This document shows, piece by piece, positions 29,846-38,961 of a stretch of DNA of 64,000 nt. The DNA is from an uncultured bacterium (GTDB lineage: Bacteria > Patescibacteriota > Saccharimonadia > UBA4664). The notes beneath the pieces were generated by a model. The model was not told the DNA's origin. It made no database searches and worked only from the letters and a program-made list of their open reading frames with translations. The first letter of the stretch is position 1; each line of letters starts with the position of its first letter. Location of the stretch: contig CAVUEQ010000001.1 of assembly GCA_963740635.1 (NCBI GenBank), forward strand, positions 740,840 to 804,839. Reading direction: 5' to 3'. The position numbers and the translations under genes are program-made.

Positions 29846-31738
29846 TTATTCGAGAACGGCTTTGATGCGGCGGATGCCGGCGGAGCTGGATTCCTCTTTG
29901 GTGATTTTGTAGCGTTTGCCGCCCTCGCCTAGCGCGGCGGTGTGGGTGACGTGAGGGCCGCCGCAGATTTCTTTACTGAACCACTCCCCGTCCGGGTCGC
30001 CGGCCGTATAGACTTTCACCGTGTCGCCGTATTTATCACCGAAGGCACCCAGCGCACCCTCTTCGAACGCCTGCGCAGTCGGGATTTCGCGGAAGCCCAT
30101 GGGCCAGTCGCGCTCGATGTTGGCGTTTACGATATCCTCGACCTGTTTGATCTGCTCCGGGGTCATTTTCTCGGGATGGCTGAAGTCGAAACGCAGGCGT
30201 TCGGGGGTGATGTTACTACCGCGCTGAATGACGTGGTCGCCAAGTACCTCGCGCAGGGCTTTGTAGCCGAGGTGGGTGGCGGTGTGGTATTTGATGGAAA
30301 CGTCGGAATGGTCGGCCAGGCCGCCCTTGAATTGGCCGGCGGTGGCGGTGCGGGAGCGGTCACGCTGTTCGCGCAGGAGAGCTTCGAACTCGCTGTGCCA
30401 GTGCTGGTTGACGGGGATGTGCTTCTCGTGGGCTTCCTCGAGCGACAGTTCAGGCGGGAAACCGTAAGTGTCGAACAGCACGAAGATTTTGGCGCCGGTG
30501 AGTTCGTCGCCGGCCAGTTTCTTGAATTCTCGCACGCCGCGCTCGAGGGTTTTGCGGAACTGTTTTTCCTCGGCCACGAGGGTGTGAATGATGGCTTCTT
30601 CGCGGGCGGCCACCTCCGGGAAATCGTCGCGGTAGAGCTCGGCGATCACGGGCACTACCAGCTCCAGGAAGTCCTCCTTGAGGTCGAGGGCCAGAGCCTG
30701 GCGGATGGCGCGGCGGATGAAGCGGCGCATGACATAGCCCTGGTCTGTGTTACTGGGCGCCACGCCGTCGACAGCCAGGAAATACCGCCGCGCGCAGGTG
30801 GTCGGCGATGATGCGCATGGCCTCCGGGTTTTGGTCGTAGCGGATGCCGCTCATTTCCTCGAGCTTGCGAATGATCGGCCACAGCAGGCTGATGCGGAAC
30901 ATGTCGCCGCTCCCCTCCTTGGCCGCCGCGATGCGCTCGAGGCCGCCGCCGAAGTCCACGTTTCGCTTGGGCAGCTCGTCGAAACCGCCGTCCTCGCGCT
31001 TGATGATATTGCATAAACACCGAGTTACCGATCTCCATGAAGCGGCCGCAGTCGCAGTTGGGGTGGCAGTGCTGGCCCCACTTCGGGATCGTGCTCGATA
31101 TGGGTGAATTCGTAGAACATTTCCGAATCCGGCCCGCCAGGTTCACCCGCGGGCATGTTTTCGGGCACGCCGGCGCGGCTCCACCAGTTCTTCCTGGCGT
31201 CGTAATAAAAGATGCGCTCGCCGGGATTGATGCCGCGGTCGTAGCCGCCTTGTTCGGAGCCGATATGGGCCGCTTCGGCCTGAACGCCCTTGTCCGCGAA
31301 CAGCTTTTTCCAGATCGCGACTGATTCGTCGTCGCGGGGGATGTCATTTTGCTGATCGCCCGCTAAAGACGGTGACGTATAGATTCTGGTCGGGTCGAGA
31401 CCCACCACGCCGGTGATAAATTCCCAGAACCACGGGAGCTGCTCGGCTTTGAAGTAGTCACCGAGGCTCCAGTTGCCGAGCATCTCGAAGAAAGTAGTGT
31501 GGCGGTTGTCGCCGACTTCGTCGATGTCCTCGGCGCGGAAGCAAGTCTGAGAGTTGACCAGGCGGGTTCCATTCGGGTGCACCTCGCCGAGCAGATACGG
31601 AACGAGTGGCTGCATGCCGCTGCCGGTAAAGAGCGTCGTGGGGTCTTCGCGCGGCACGAGGTTGGCGCGCGGGATTACGGCGTGGCCGCGGCCGGCGAAG
31701 AATTTAAGGTAGGCGGAGCGAATTTCGTTCGTGGTCAT
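29846..31738 (-). CDS. alaS: Alanine--tRNA ligase, short form lacking C-Ala; several apparent frameshifts
   Basis: DPTTLFTGSGMQP, RHTTFFEMLGNWS, GGPDSE, DFGGGLER, HTATHL, EICGGPH, SAGIRRI across consecutive frames. Confidence 0.92.
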
Positions 31739-31769
31739 GCGGGATATTGTACCTTCCAGAGAGCTTTGG

Positions 31770-32050
31770 TGTAAACGCCCGGATGTGCTGCGGGCCGCGA
31801 GTGCGGTAGTACCGGGAAGAAAAATAATTCCAATGGAAAGGTGGGCGCCTTTCGAACTTGACGCAACGCATTGTCACGCCAAGCAACCTGACACGACGCA
31901 TCGCAGCGCCGCACCAAGGAAATGTTACGCCCACCTAACCCCAACCACGGCTTCGGGAAAATAAGGCACCTCCTTTCATGGCGGTGCGAATGCCGTCGTT
32001 GAACAAGTAATTGTTCGAGGCATCACTCCTTTCGGTCTGCGGTTAGGGCG
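31770..32050 (-). ncRNA. Candidate ~280-nt structured RNA between mnmA and alaS
   Basis: TTGGCG-N17-TATAAT promoter inside the mnmA 3' end (32084-32056); stems AGGTGGGCG/CGCCCACCT, TGTCA/TGACA, GCACC/GGTGC, AACAA/TTGTT. Confidence 0.45.
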
Positions 32051-33126
32051 AGTGTATTATACTCGCACAACATTCCGCCGCCAAGCACAACCTCTCCATC
32101 GTAGATGACGGCGGATTGGCCGGGGGTGAGGGCGCGCTCGGGGCGGGCGAGGGAGATGGCGAATGCGCCGCCGGAGGCGGGGGTGATTTGGCATTCGATG
32201 AGCCCGGCGCGATGCCGGCTGCGGAGCTGGTAGGTGCGGCGGGGCTGGGGCGGCTCGCCGATCCAGTGGGCGCCGGCGATGGTGGCCCGCGTGGAATCGA
32301 GCACGGCCGTGGCTGGGCCGGGGGCTACATAGACAGTGTTGGTGGCGACATCCTTGCCGGTAACGTAGTAGGGCTGCCCGCCGCCGATGCCGAGGCCGTG
32401 GCGCTGGCCGGTGGTGTAGAACACGGCGCCCTGGTGGGTGCCGAGCTGGCGGCCCGTAGTGAGGTCGAGGACCGGTCCTGGAGCCACCTCCAGGTACTGG
32501 CGCAGGAATTCGCGCAGGCCGACCTCGCCCACGAAGCAGATGCCCTGCGAATCCGGTTTTTTGGCTGTGGGCAGGCCAAATTCGGCTGCCAGCCGCCGCA
32601 CCTCGGGCTTGGTGAGTTCCCCTAGTGGAAATAATGTCTTCCCGAGAGCATCCTGCGAGACCCGGTAGAGGAAATAGGTTTGGTCCTTGTTTCGGTCGCG
32701 GGCGGCTAAAAGTCGATTTTCGACATTTGAGCCGGTGGCATGCTCCACGCGCGCATAATGCCCGGTGGCAATGAGGTCGGCGCCGCTGCTCAAAGCGGTG
32801 CGCAGAAACAGGCGGAATTTGATCTCCTGGTTGCACAGCACGTCCGGGTTCGGGGTGCGGCCGGCCTGGTATTCGGCCACCATCACGTCGACCACGTGCT
32901 GCTTGTATTCGGCCTGGAAGTCGAAGACCTTGAACGGGATGTCGAGCACCGCCGCGGCGGCGCGCGCGTCGGCCAAATCCTGCTTCCACGGGCACTCCAC
33001 GCCCGCCACGTCTTGGGTCCAATTCTTCATGTACACGCCCACGACCGAATAGCCCTGCTGCTTGAGCAAGGCCGCGCTCACGGAGGAGTCCACTCCCCCA
33101 CTCATACCGACGTAGACGGTCTTCAT
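32023..33126 (-). CDS. mnmA: tRNA 2-thiouridylase MnmA
   Basis: GMSGGVDSS, TPNPDVLCN, ATGHY, KDQTYFL, DSQGICF, TPGQ. Confidence 0.97.
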   Translation of the reverse strand: MKTVYVGMSGGVDSSVSAALLKQQGYSVVGVYMKNWTQDVAGVECPWKQDLADARAAAAVLDIPFKVFDFQAEYKQHVVDVMVAEYQAGRTPNPDVLCNQEIKFRLFLRTALSSGADLIATGHYARVEHATGSNVENRLLAARDRNKDQTYFLYRVSQDALGKTLFPLGELTKPEVRRLAAEFGLPTAKKPDSQGICFVGEVGLREFLRQYLEVAPGPVLDLTTGRQLGTHQGAVFYTTGQRHGLGIGGGQPYYVTGKDVATNTVYVAPGPATAVLDSTRATIAGAHWIGEPPQPRRTYQLRSRHRAGLIECQITPASGGAFAISLARPERALTPGQSAVIYDGEVVLGGGMLCEYNTLALTADRKE

Positions 33127-33220
33127 AACTTGACTATTTTACATATTTATTGCTTTTAAGGAAAGGGTTCGGGTAGTAATGGGCTGGTCCCAAATAACGC
33201 AAGACGCGCATAATGAAAGC

Positions 33221-33571
33221 ATGTTTTCTTATAAAGTATTTCTTCTCCGGTTGGCGCACGGCTTGTTTGCGGCGTATTTTATTGCCTGCATCGGAGTATT
33301 GCTCTACAGCGATGTGACTGGACGCATGGGCGTGCCTTTAATAGTGGCTGTAGTGAGCCTGGCTCTTGAGGGATTTGCCGTCTTCATCCTGAATAAGGGT
33401 GACTGCCCACTAATTCACATTCAGCGCAAAATTGGCGACGAGGTGCCATTTTTTGAACTAATTTTTCCGCCTGCGATGGCCAAACGGGCGATCCCGGTGT
33501 TTGCCGGGCTGACGTGGGTGGCGGTTGGCGTGCTGGTGGTACGCTTGGCGGTCGCAATTATTAATCCGTGA
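33221..33571 (+). CDS. Hypothetical membrane protein
   Basis: Three hydrophobic segments and GDCPL motif; CATAAT 6 nt before the ATG. Confidence 0.65.
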   Translation: MFSYKVFLLRLAHGLFAAYFIACIGVLLYSDVTGRMGVPLIVAVVSLALEGFAVFILNKGDCPLIHIQRKIGDEVPFFELIFPPAMAKRAIPVFAGLTWVAVGVLVVRLAVAIINP

Positions 33572-34529
33572 AATCCTGGGTGACCATGAGGCCGTAGGGT
33601 CCGCCGTCGACAATGCCGATGCCGACGGTGCGGTAGCTGGTGGAGAGGATGTTGGCGCGGTGGCCGGGCGACTTCATGAGACCGTCGTGGGCGAGCTGCA
33701 GGTTGGGCGCGAGCGCCAGGTTTTCGCCGGCGCTGCCAAAGTCCACTCCGCCCGCACGCATGCGGTCGAAGGGAGATTTGCCGTCGGGACTGATGTGCGA
33801 GAAGTAGCCCTCGGCAAACATGTCGGCGGAGTTGGCGCGGGCAACGGCGCGGGCCTTGGTGTTGAGCGCGAGCTCGGGCAGGCCGCGGCTGGTGCGTTCA
33901 TGGTTGAGCAGGGTGAGCATGGCGGTCTCGGCAGCGGGGGCGGCGGCGACGTTGGTGGTGGTGAAATGCAGGTCGATGCGCTCGTCGCTCTCGGGCTCGG
34001 CGGTGACCGTGAAGAAGTTGAGGCTGTCGTTGATGTCATGGCCAAGGCCGGCCGCGAGCTCGGCCTGCAATCCCCCGCTGGCGGCCAGGAGTTGCCCCGC
34101 CACCGGCGCGCCGGTCACCGGCCTTTTAGCGGCGGCGCTGAGCGGCAGGCCCGCGAACACTATGAGACCGAGGGTGATGACGGCGGCGGCCTTGAGGGCG
34201 TTTAAGACCGCCCCGCCGGCGCGGCGCAGCGGCGACAGCCGCAGGTGGCGGTGCAGGTGGGGTAGCAGCACGAAGCGAATGATCAACGCGCAGGCGACCT
34301 CGGTGATGGTCCAAATGCCCACGAACGCCACCACGTTGCCGAGGGCGGCAGTGACGTGGGCAAAGATTTCGATGCCGAGGCCCACCGGATGGTATAGGCC
34401 CAGCGCGACGTAGGTGGCGGCCATAAAGCTGACCAACTCCAGGCCGATGAGGACCATCCCGCGCTTGGTGCCGGAATAAGCGGAGTACCCAAGGGCGGCC
34501 AGGATACCTATGGCCACCAGCCAGCTCAC
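33561..34529 (-). CDS. CvpA-like membrane domain plus CAP (SCP) domain protein
   Basis: N-terminal TM bundle; LLNHER, YFSH, GENLA, SPGHRANIL. Confidence 0.88.
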   Translation of the reverse strand: MSWLVAIGILAALGYSAYSGTKRGMVLIGLELVSFMAATYVALGLYHPVGLGIEIFAHVTAALGNVVAFVGIWTITEVACALIIRFVLLPHLHRHLRLSPLRRAGGAVLNALKAAAVITLGLIVFAGLPLSAAAKRPVTGAPVAGQLLAASGGLQAELAAGLGHDINDSLNFFTVTAEPESDERIDLHFTTTNVAAAPAAETAMLTLLNHERTSRGLPELALNTKARAVARANSADMFAEGYFSHISPDGKSPFDRMRAGGVDFGSAGENLALAPNLQLAHDGLMKSPGHRANILSTSYRTVGIGIVDGGPYGLMVTQDFTD

Positions 34530-35122
34530 TGGCTGCTGCTCCCGCTGACTAACTCATAGACTACCTTTTGCAGCTCGGAAAAGGTGAGCGAGCGGCTTTG
34601 GGGCGTGGCCCACCAACGCGACCGCCGCCACGCGTCGTCGAACGATGAATGGTTGATGATAATGAATTTTGATCCCAGCGCCCGCCGGAATTCAATGTAG
34701 GCCCGCCGCTGATGGTAGGGCGAGGTCACCAGAATGATGGAGTGGAGGTTTTGCTGATGAATGATGGCGGCGGCGCCCGAGGCATTCTCGCGGGTGTTGG
34801 TAGCCAGCTCATCCAGGGAGATGGCCGAGGCCGGGACTCCGGCGTTCAGCGCCGCTTGTTCCATGGCTTTGGCGTTCGACGGACCGTTGGGGTCGAGTGC
34901 TGCCCCCGAGAAGATGATATTGGCAGCATAGCCGTCTTGGTAGAGTTTGATAGCTTCGGCGGCGCGGGCGCCGGTTTCACCACCCGAAATGGCCACCACG
35001 GCGTCGGCTTTGGCGAGTTTGTCCTGAGGTGAGAGATAGTAACCGATGCCAAAAAAGAACACGGCCCCCAACCCGGCGATGACCACGAAAAATATAACCA
35101 CCCCCAGTAGGAACCGCTTCAT
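34526..35122 (-). CDS. YdcF/DUF218 (ElyC-like) protein
   Basis: ADAVVAISGG, NTRENA, LVTSPYHQRRA. Confidence 0.88.
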   Translation of the reverse strand: MKRFLLGVVIFFVVIAGLGAVFFFGIGYYLSPQDKLAKADAVVAISGGETGARAAEAIKLYQDGYAANIIFSGAALDPNGPSNAKAMEQAALNAGVPASAISLDELATNTRENASGAAAIIHQQNLHSIILVTSPYHQRRAYIEFRRALGSKFIIINHSSFDDAWRRSRWWATPQSRSLTFSELQKVVYELVSGSSSQ

Positions 35123-35158
35123 ATGTGTAATTGTAGCAGCTTGTGCTGAGATTATTGT

Positions 35159-36340
35159 TTACAGCTCGCGCAGGCGCTTGACGATTCCGGGGAGAACCTT
35201 GATGACCTGGCCGATTGACCCTGATGTGGCCGACCGCCCGAGGGTGAGGCGCAGGCTGCACTGGGCCTCGGCGGAGGTGCGGCCAATGGCCAGCAGCACG
35301 TGCGACGGGTCGAGGTTGCCGGTGGAGCAGGCCGAGCCGGTGGAGGCTTGGATACCGGCGTTGTCGAGGTAGAGCACCATGGCCTCGCCCTCCGCGCCGG
35401 GAATGGTGAGGTTGAGGTTGTTAGGCAGGCGGCGGCGCGGATCGCCGTTGAGGCGCGCATCCGGGACGGCGGCGGTGACGGCGGCGGCCAGCTGGTCGCG
35501 CAGGGCTCTGAGGCGGCGGGATTCGGCCTCGCGGCCGGCGGCGGCCAGCTCCAGGGCACGGGCCAGGCCGGCGATACCGGCCACATTTTCGGTGCCGCTG
35601 CGCCGGCCGCGCTCCTGGCCGCCGCCGTACACCAGGGGCTCGAGGCTGGTGCCATGCCGCACGTACAGCGCGCCGGTGCCTTTGGGGCCGTAGATCTTGG
35701 AGCCGCCGATGGTCAGCAAATCCACGCCGAGGCGCGTGACGTGCAGGTCGAGGTAGCCGGCGGCCTGCACGGCGTCGGTGTGGAGGTAGAGCGGCAGGGT
35801 GATGCCGCGGCGGTCGCGGTCGGTGCGGACCCGCGCGACTAGCTTGCCAATGTCGGCGATGGGCTGGATGGTGCCGATTTCGTTGTTGGCCATCATGACC
35901 GACAGGAGGACCGTTTGGTCGGTGATGGCGCTCTCAATTTCAGCCGGGTCGACGATGCCGCTAGGTTTAACGCTGACCGCAGTTGCCTCGTGTCCCTCAC
36001 GCTTTAATGGCTCCACGCAGCCCAGAACGGCATCATGCTCGATAGCGGTGGTAACCCAATGCGCCCCCGGGTGGGCCCGCAGCACCCCCTGCACCGCCAG
36101 GTTGTCGCCCTCGGTGCCGCCCGAGGTGAACACGATTTCGGTCGGTTTGGCGCCAAGAATGCCCGCGATGGAGCGCCGGGCCGCTTCGACCGCCCCACGG
36201 GTTTCGCGCGCCGCGGCATAAAGGCTCGAGGGGTTGGCAAAATCCCGCTCGAGGTATGGGCGCATAGCCTCAAGCACCGCCGCGTCGAGCGGGGTAGCGG
36301 CTGCGTGGTCGAGATAAATTGGCTGCAAAGGTTGGCCCAT
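35159..36340 (-). CDS. iscS: Cysteine desulfurase (IscS/NifS type)
   Basis: YLDHAAATP, FTSGGTE, NNEIG, HTDAVQ, KIYGPKG, STGSAC; near mnmA. Confidence 0.92.
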   Translation of the reverse strand: MGQPLQPIYLDHAAATPLDAAVLEAMRPYLERDFANPSSLYAAARETRGAVEAARRSIAGILGAKPTEIVFTSGGTEGDNLAVQGVLRAHPGAHWVTTAIEHDAVLGCVEPLKREGHEATAVSVKPSGIVDPAEIESAITDQTVLLSVMMANNEIGTIQPIADIGKLVARVRTDRDRRGITLPLYLHTDAVQAAGYLDLHVTRLGVDLLTIGGSKIYGPKGTGALYVRHGTSLEPLVYGGGQERGRRSGTENVAGIAGLARALELAAAGREAESRRLRALRDQLAAAVTAAVPDARLNGDPRRRLPNNLNLTIPGAEGEAMVLYLDNAGIQASTGSACSTGNLDPSHVLLAIGRTSAEAQCSLRLTLGRSATSGSIGQVIKVLPGIVKRLREL

Positions 36341-36383
36341 GGCCGCTAATTATGCCAGCTTACAAGCAGCTTTTCAATGAGCG

Positions 36384-37082
36384 AGGTCCGACCTTCACCG
36401 TGTTACTGGAATCCCGGTTGTGTTTGAGAACTACTTGAGCGTAAGCGGGATTCCGGTGTTTCGCTCAAGGTCGGACCTTGGCCCTTGACAGGTACTCCAG
36501 GTAGTCGCATGGCGTATCAAATAGTTGTAATACCGGCCGGGGGTCGACAAAGCTAGAAGCGCTGTCTGGCTGGAGGTAAACCTGCAGGCTGGAATGTTGG
36601 TGTTGGCGCCAGCCGAGTCCTGCGCGCTCCGGGTTTCGGTGGATATAGCGCGACTCCTCCATAAGGTGGGCAGCCCCAGCCACCCGGCTTGCCTTGTATT
36701 TTCCCTGAAACAATGGCCCAATACGCAAGTGGCGCTGGTTGAAGTAGATAACATACCCGGTAATTAACCTCTGGAACCATCGGCCCATTGCCCCGGTTTC
36801 AGTTTGGCTTAGTAATACGTGGAAGTGGTTCGGCATGAGGCAAAAAGCGAGTAAAGTAACGCTCGGCTCCCGCTCGAGGGCTTGGTGCATCTGCAACTTG
36901 AAGCGCTGGTGGTCATGGTGATCGAGGAAGATACGCCTGCGCTCAACCCCCCGGTTGTATGCATGATAAATGCCTTGGGGTAGGTCTTCTTTGATCGTGT
37001 GGCGAGACGGCATGTTTGACAGCCTAGCACCTGGTCCGTCGACCGGCAAGGTCCGACCTTCACCGTGTTACTGGAATCCCGG
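36384..37082 (-). mobile_element. REP-flanked Y1 transposase locus (REPtron-like)
   Basis: Identical 34-bp repeats aggtccgaccttcaccgtgttactggaatcccgg at 36384-36417 and 37049-37082, plus an inverted variant at 36446-36478. Confidence 0.85.
36465..37013 (-). CDS. REP-associated tyrosine (HUH/Y1) transposase, RAYT-like
   Basis: YHAYNRG, FCLMPNHFHVLL, GPLFQGKYK, YIHRNP, HSS motifs. Confidence 0.92.
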   Translation of the reverse strand: MPSRHTIKEDLPQGIYHAYNRGVERRRIFLDHHDHQRFKLQMHQALEREPSVTLLAFCLMPNHFHVLLSQTETGAMGRWFQRLITGYVIYFNQRHLRIGPLFQGKYKASRVAGAAHLMEESRYIHRNPERAGLGWRQHQHSSLQVYLQPDSASSFVDPRPVLQLFDTPCDYLEYLSRAKVRP

Positions 37083-37089
37083 CTATGGT

Positions 37090-37641
37090 TCAGGGTTTGG
37101 TGAGGGTGTCCAAGATGACGGCACCGGAGATTTCAGTGAGGGCGGTTCCGGGAATGAGGAGCTTGGAGCGCCTGAGGCCGCCGCCAATGACCAAGCGGGA
37201 GACTTCGAGCAGGCTCTGGTCGATGAGGAGGGGCCATCCGCCGGGCAGCCCGAGGATCGTGATGCTGCCGTACTCCTGGCCGCTGGCATCCACGGCAAAC
37301 TCGCGGCTGGCCATCGAGGTTTGGCGGGCGCCGAGCCGGCGGCGGATGAGGCCGTTGATGTCGGCGCGGGCGTGAGCAGGGACGAGACAGCCGGCGGGAG
37401 TGATGGCGCCGGCGCGGCGGCCCTCGACGATGAGGCAGTTGGCAGTCTCGGCGGGGTCAACCTGAAATTCTGCACAGAATGCGTCGGTGTCACTGAATTT
37501 GGGGTCGATTTCGCAGACCAGGATCTGAGAAACGAGCGTATGGCCCGACCATTGCTCGAGCGCGGTTTTGACGGGACCGGCCAGCAGGTCGGGGCGGTCG
37601 AGGGCGGAAGTGAATAGCAGGGTGCCGAAGGTTAGTTTCAT
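37090..37641 (-). CDS. YbaK/EbsC family aminoacyl-tRNA deacylase-like protein
   Basis: SDTDAFC, ANCLIV, EYGSITILGLP, IGGGLRRSKL. Confidence 0.8.
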   Translation of the reverse strand: MKLTFGTLLFTSALDRPDLLAGPVKTALEQWSGHTLVSQILVCEIDPKFSDTDAFCAEFQVDPAETANCLIVEGRRAGAITPAGCLVPAHARADINGLIRRRLGARQTSMASREFAVDASGQEYGSITILGLPGGWPLLIDQSLLEVSRLVIGGGLRRSKLLIPGTALTEISGAVILDTLTKP

Positions 37642-38405
37642 ATGCCGAAGAGTCTTTCGGCGTTAGTGGTGGTGGCGTGCTCGAGGTCTTCGAGGGACTC
37701 GCCTCGCAGGTGGGCCAGGAAGGCGGCGGTCCTGGCGATGTAGGCGGGCTCGTTGCGCTTGCCGCGATGCGGGACGGGCGCGAGGAAGGGGGCGTCGGTT
37801 TCGAGGATGAGGCGGTCGGGGGGGACGCGGCGGGCGGCCTCGAGCTGGGCCGGGTCTTTGGTGAAGGTCATGATGCCATTGAGCGCGACGTGGAGACCGC
37901 GCTCGAGGGCGCCTTCGAGCTCTTCGGGGCCGGCGGTGAAGCTGTGGACGAGGCCGCGCGGTGGGGTGCCGGCGCCGCCGTAGTCGTCGAGGATGGCGAA
38001 GAATTGCGGAAAGGCCTCGCGCACGTGAAAGACCATGGGCAGCCCGCGCTCGAGACCGAGCTCGATTTGGAAGCGCAGGGCGCGGTCCTGCTCGTCGCGA
38101 GTAGTCTCGGATTTGTAATTGTCGAGGCCGCATTCGCCGATGGCCACCACCGGCTCGAGCTCGGCCAACCGCGCGACCTCCTCGAGCGCTTCGTAGCCGC
38201 GGCCGGCGTCGTGGGGGTGGAGGCCGGCGCTGGCCCAGAGGTTTTCGTAGGCCCGGGCGACGGCGATGGCTTCGGCCGAGTCGGTGTCGTTAACGCCGAC
38301 CACGAGCATTTTGTCGACGCCGGCGGCGTGGGCCCGCTCGAGCACGCCGTCTATTTCGTCGCGTAGTTCGGGGAAATGGACGTGGGCGTGGGTATCAATT
38401 AGCAT
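37638..38405 (-). CDS. tatD: TatD family DNase
   Basis: IDTHAH, GLHPH, IGECGLD, ETDAPFLAP. Confidence 0.95.
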   Translation of the reverse strand: MLIDTHAHVHFPELRDEIDGVLERAHAAGVDKMLVVGVNDTDSAEAIAVARAYENLWASAGLHPHDAGRGYEALEEVARLAELEPVVAIGECGLDNYKSETTRDEQDRALRFQIELGLERGLPMVFHVREAFPQFFAILDDYGGAGTPPRGLVHSFTAGPEELEGALERGLHVALNGIMTFTKDPAQLEAARRVPPDRLILETDAPFLAPVPHRGKRNEPAYIARTAAFLAHLRGESLEDLEHATTTNAERLFGI

Positions 38406-38436
38406 TAAGAGCCCCGGTTAATGCCTGGCGCGGACA

Positions 38437-38961
38437 TTACCGGGCCGCTCCGACGACGGCCGGCCGGACCATGATGTACTCGTCGGAGGTTTGCCCGTCT
38501 CCGACTCCAAGCCTGGTGGTGCCGGCGATCTCAAAGCCCAGCGACCGGTAAAGCGCTAGGGCATGCTGGTTCTCGGACCAGACCTGGAGGTAGATGCGCC
38601 CCGCCCCGGCGAGCCGCGGATGCTCCAGGGTGCGCTCCAGCAGCCGCCGGCCGATCCCCTGCCGCTGCAGGTCCGGGTCGATGTAGAGCCGGTCGAGCAG
38701 TTGGTCGCCGGGCTCGGGGGTGAGCTCCGGGAAATTGACTTGGCTGATTTGGGAGTAGCCCCGGACCCGTCCGCGCTCGACGTCCACCAGGATCACGTCG
38801 CCGTGCTCCAGCGCCTGGTGAAAGTAGACCTCGGAGCGGTTCTCGGCCAGCTCGCGGGCTAGCAGCCGGGGCGAGTAGGTATGGCCGAAAGCATGCGCGT
38901 ACGACCGGGCAGCGACCGAGGCGAGGGCAGCAAGCTCGGAACGGCGGACTGGTCTGATCAT
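38437..38961 (-). CDS. GNAT family N-acetyltransferase
   Basis: LYIDPDLQRQGIGRRL, N..ALALYRSLGF. Confidence 0.9.
   Translation of the reverse strand: MIRPVRRSELAALASVAARSYAHAFGHTYSPRLLARELAENRSEVYFHQALEHGDVILVDVERGRVRGYSQISQVNFPELTPEPGDQLLDRLYIDPDLQRQGIGRRLLERTLEHPRLAGAGRIYLQVWSENQHALALYRSLGFEIAGTTRLGVGDGQTSDEYIMVRPAVVGAAR

Noticed and set aside
29846-31738. alaS split into several frames (pseudogene or programmed frameshifting)
   Set aside because: It is an essential gene with intact motifs, and similar single-base indels hit glnA, a peptidase and the first gene. Low-coverage or long-read errors are the simpler explanation.
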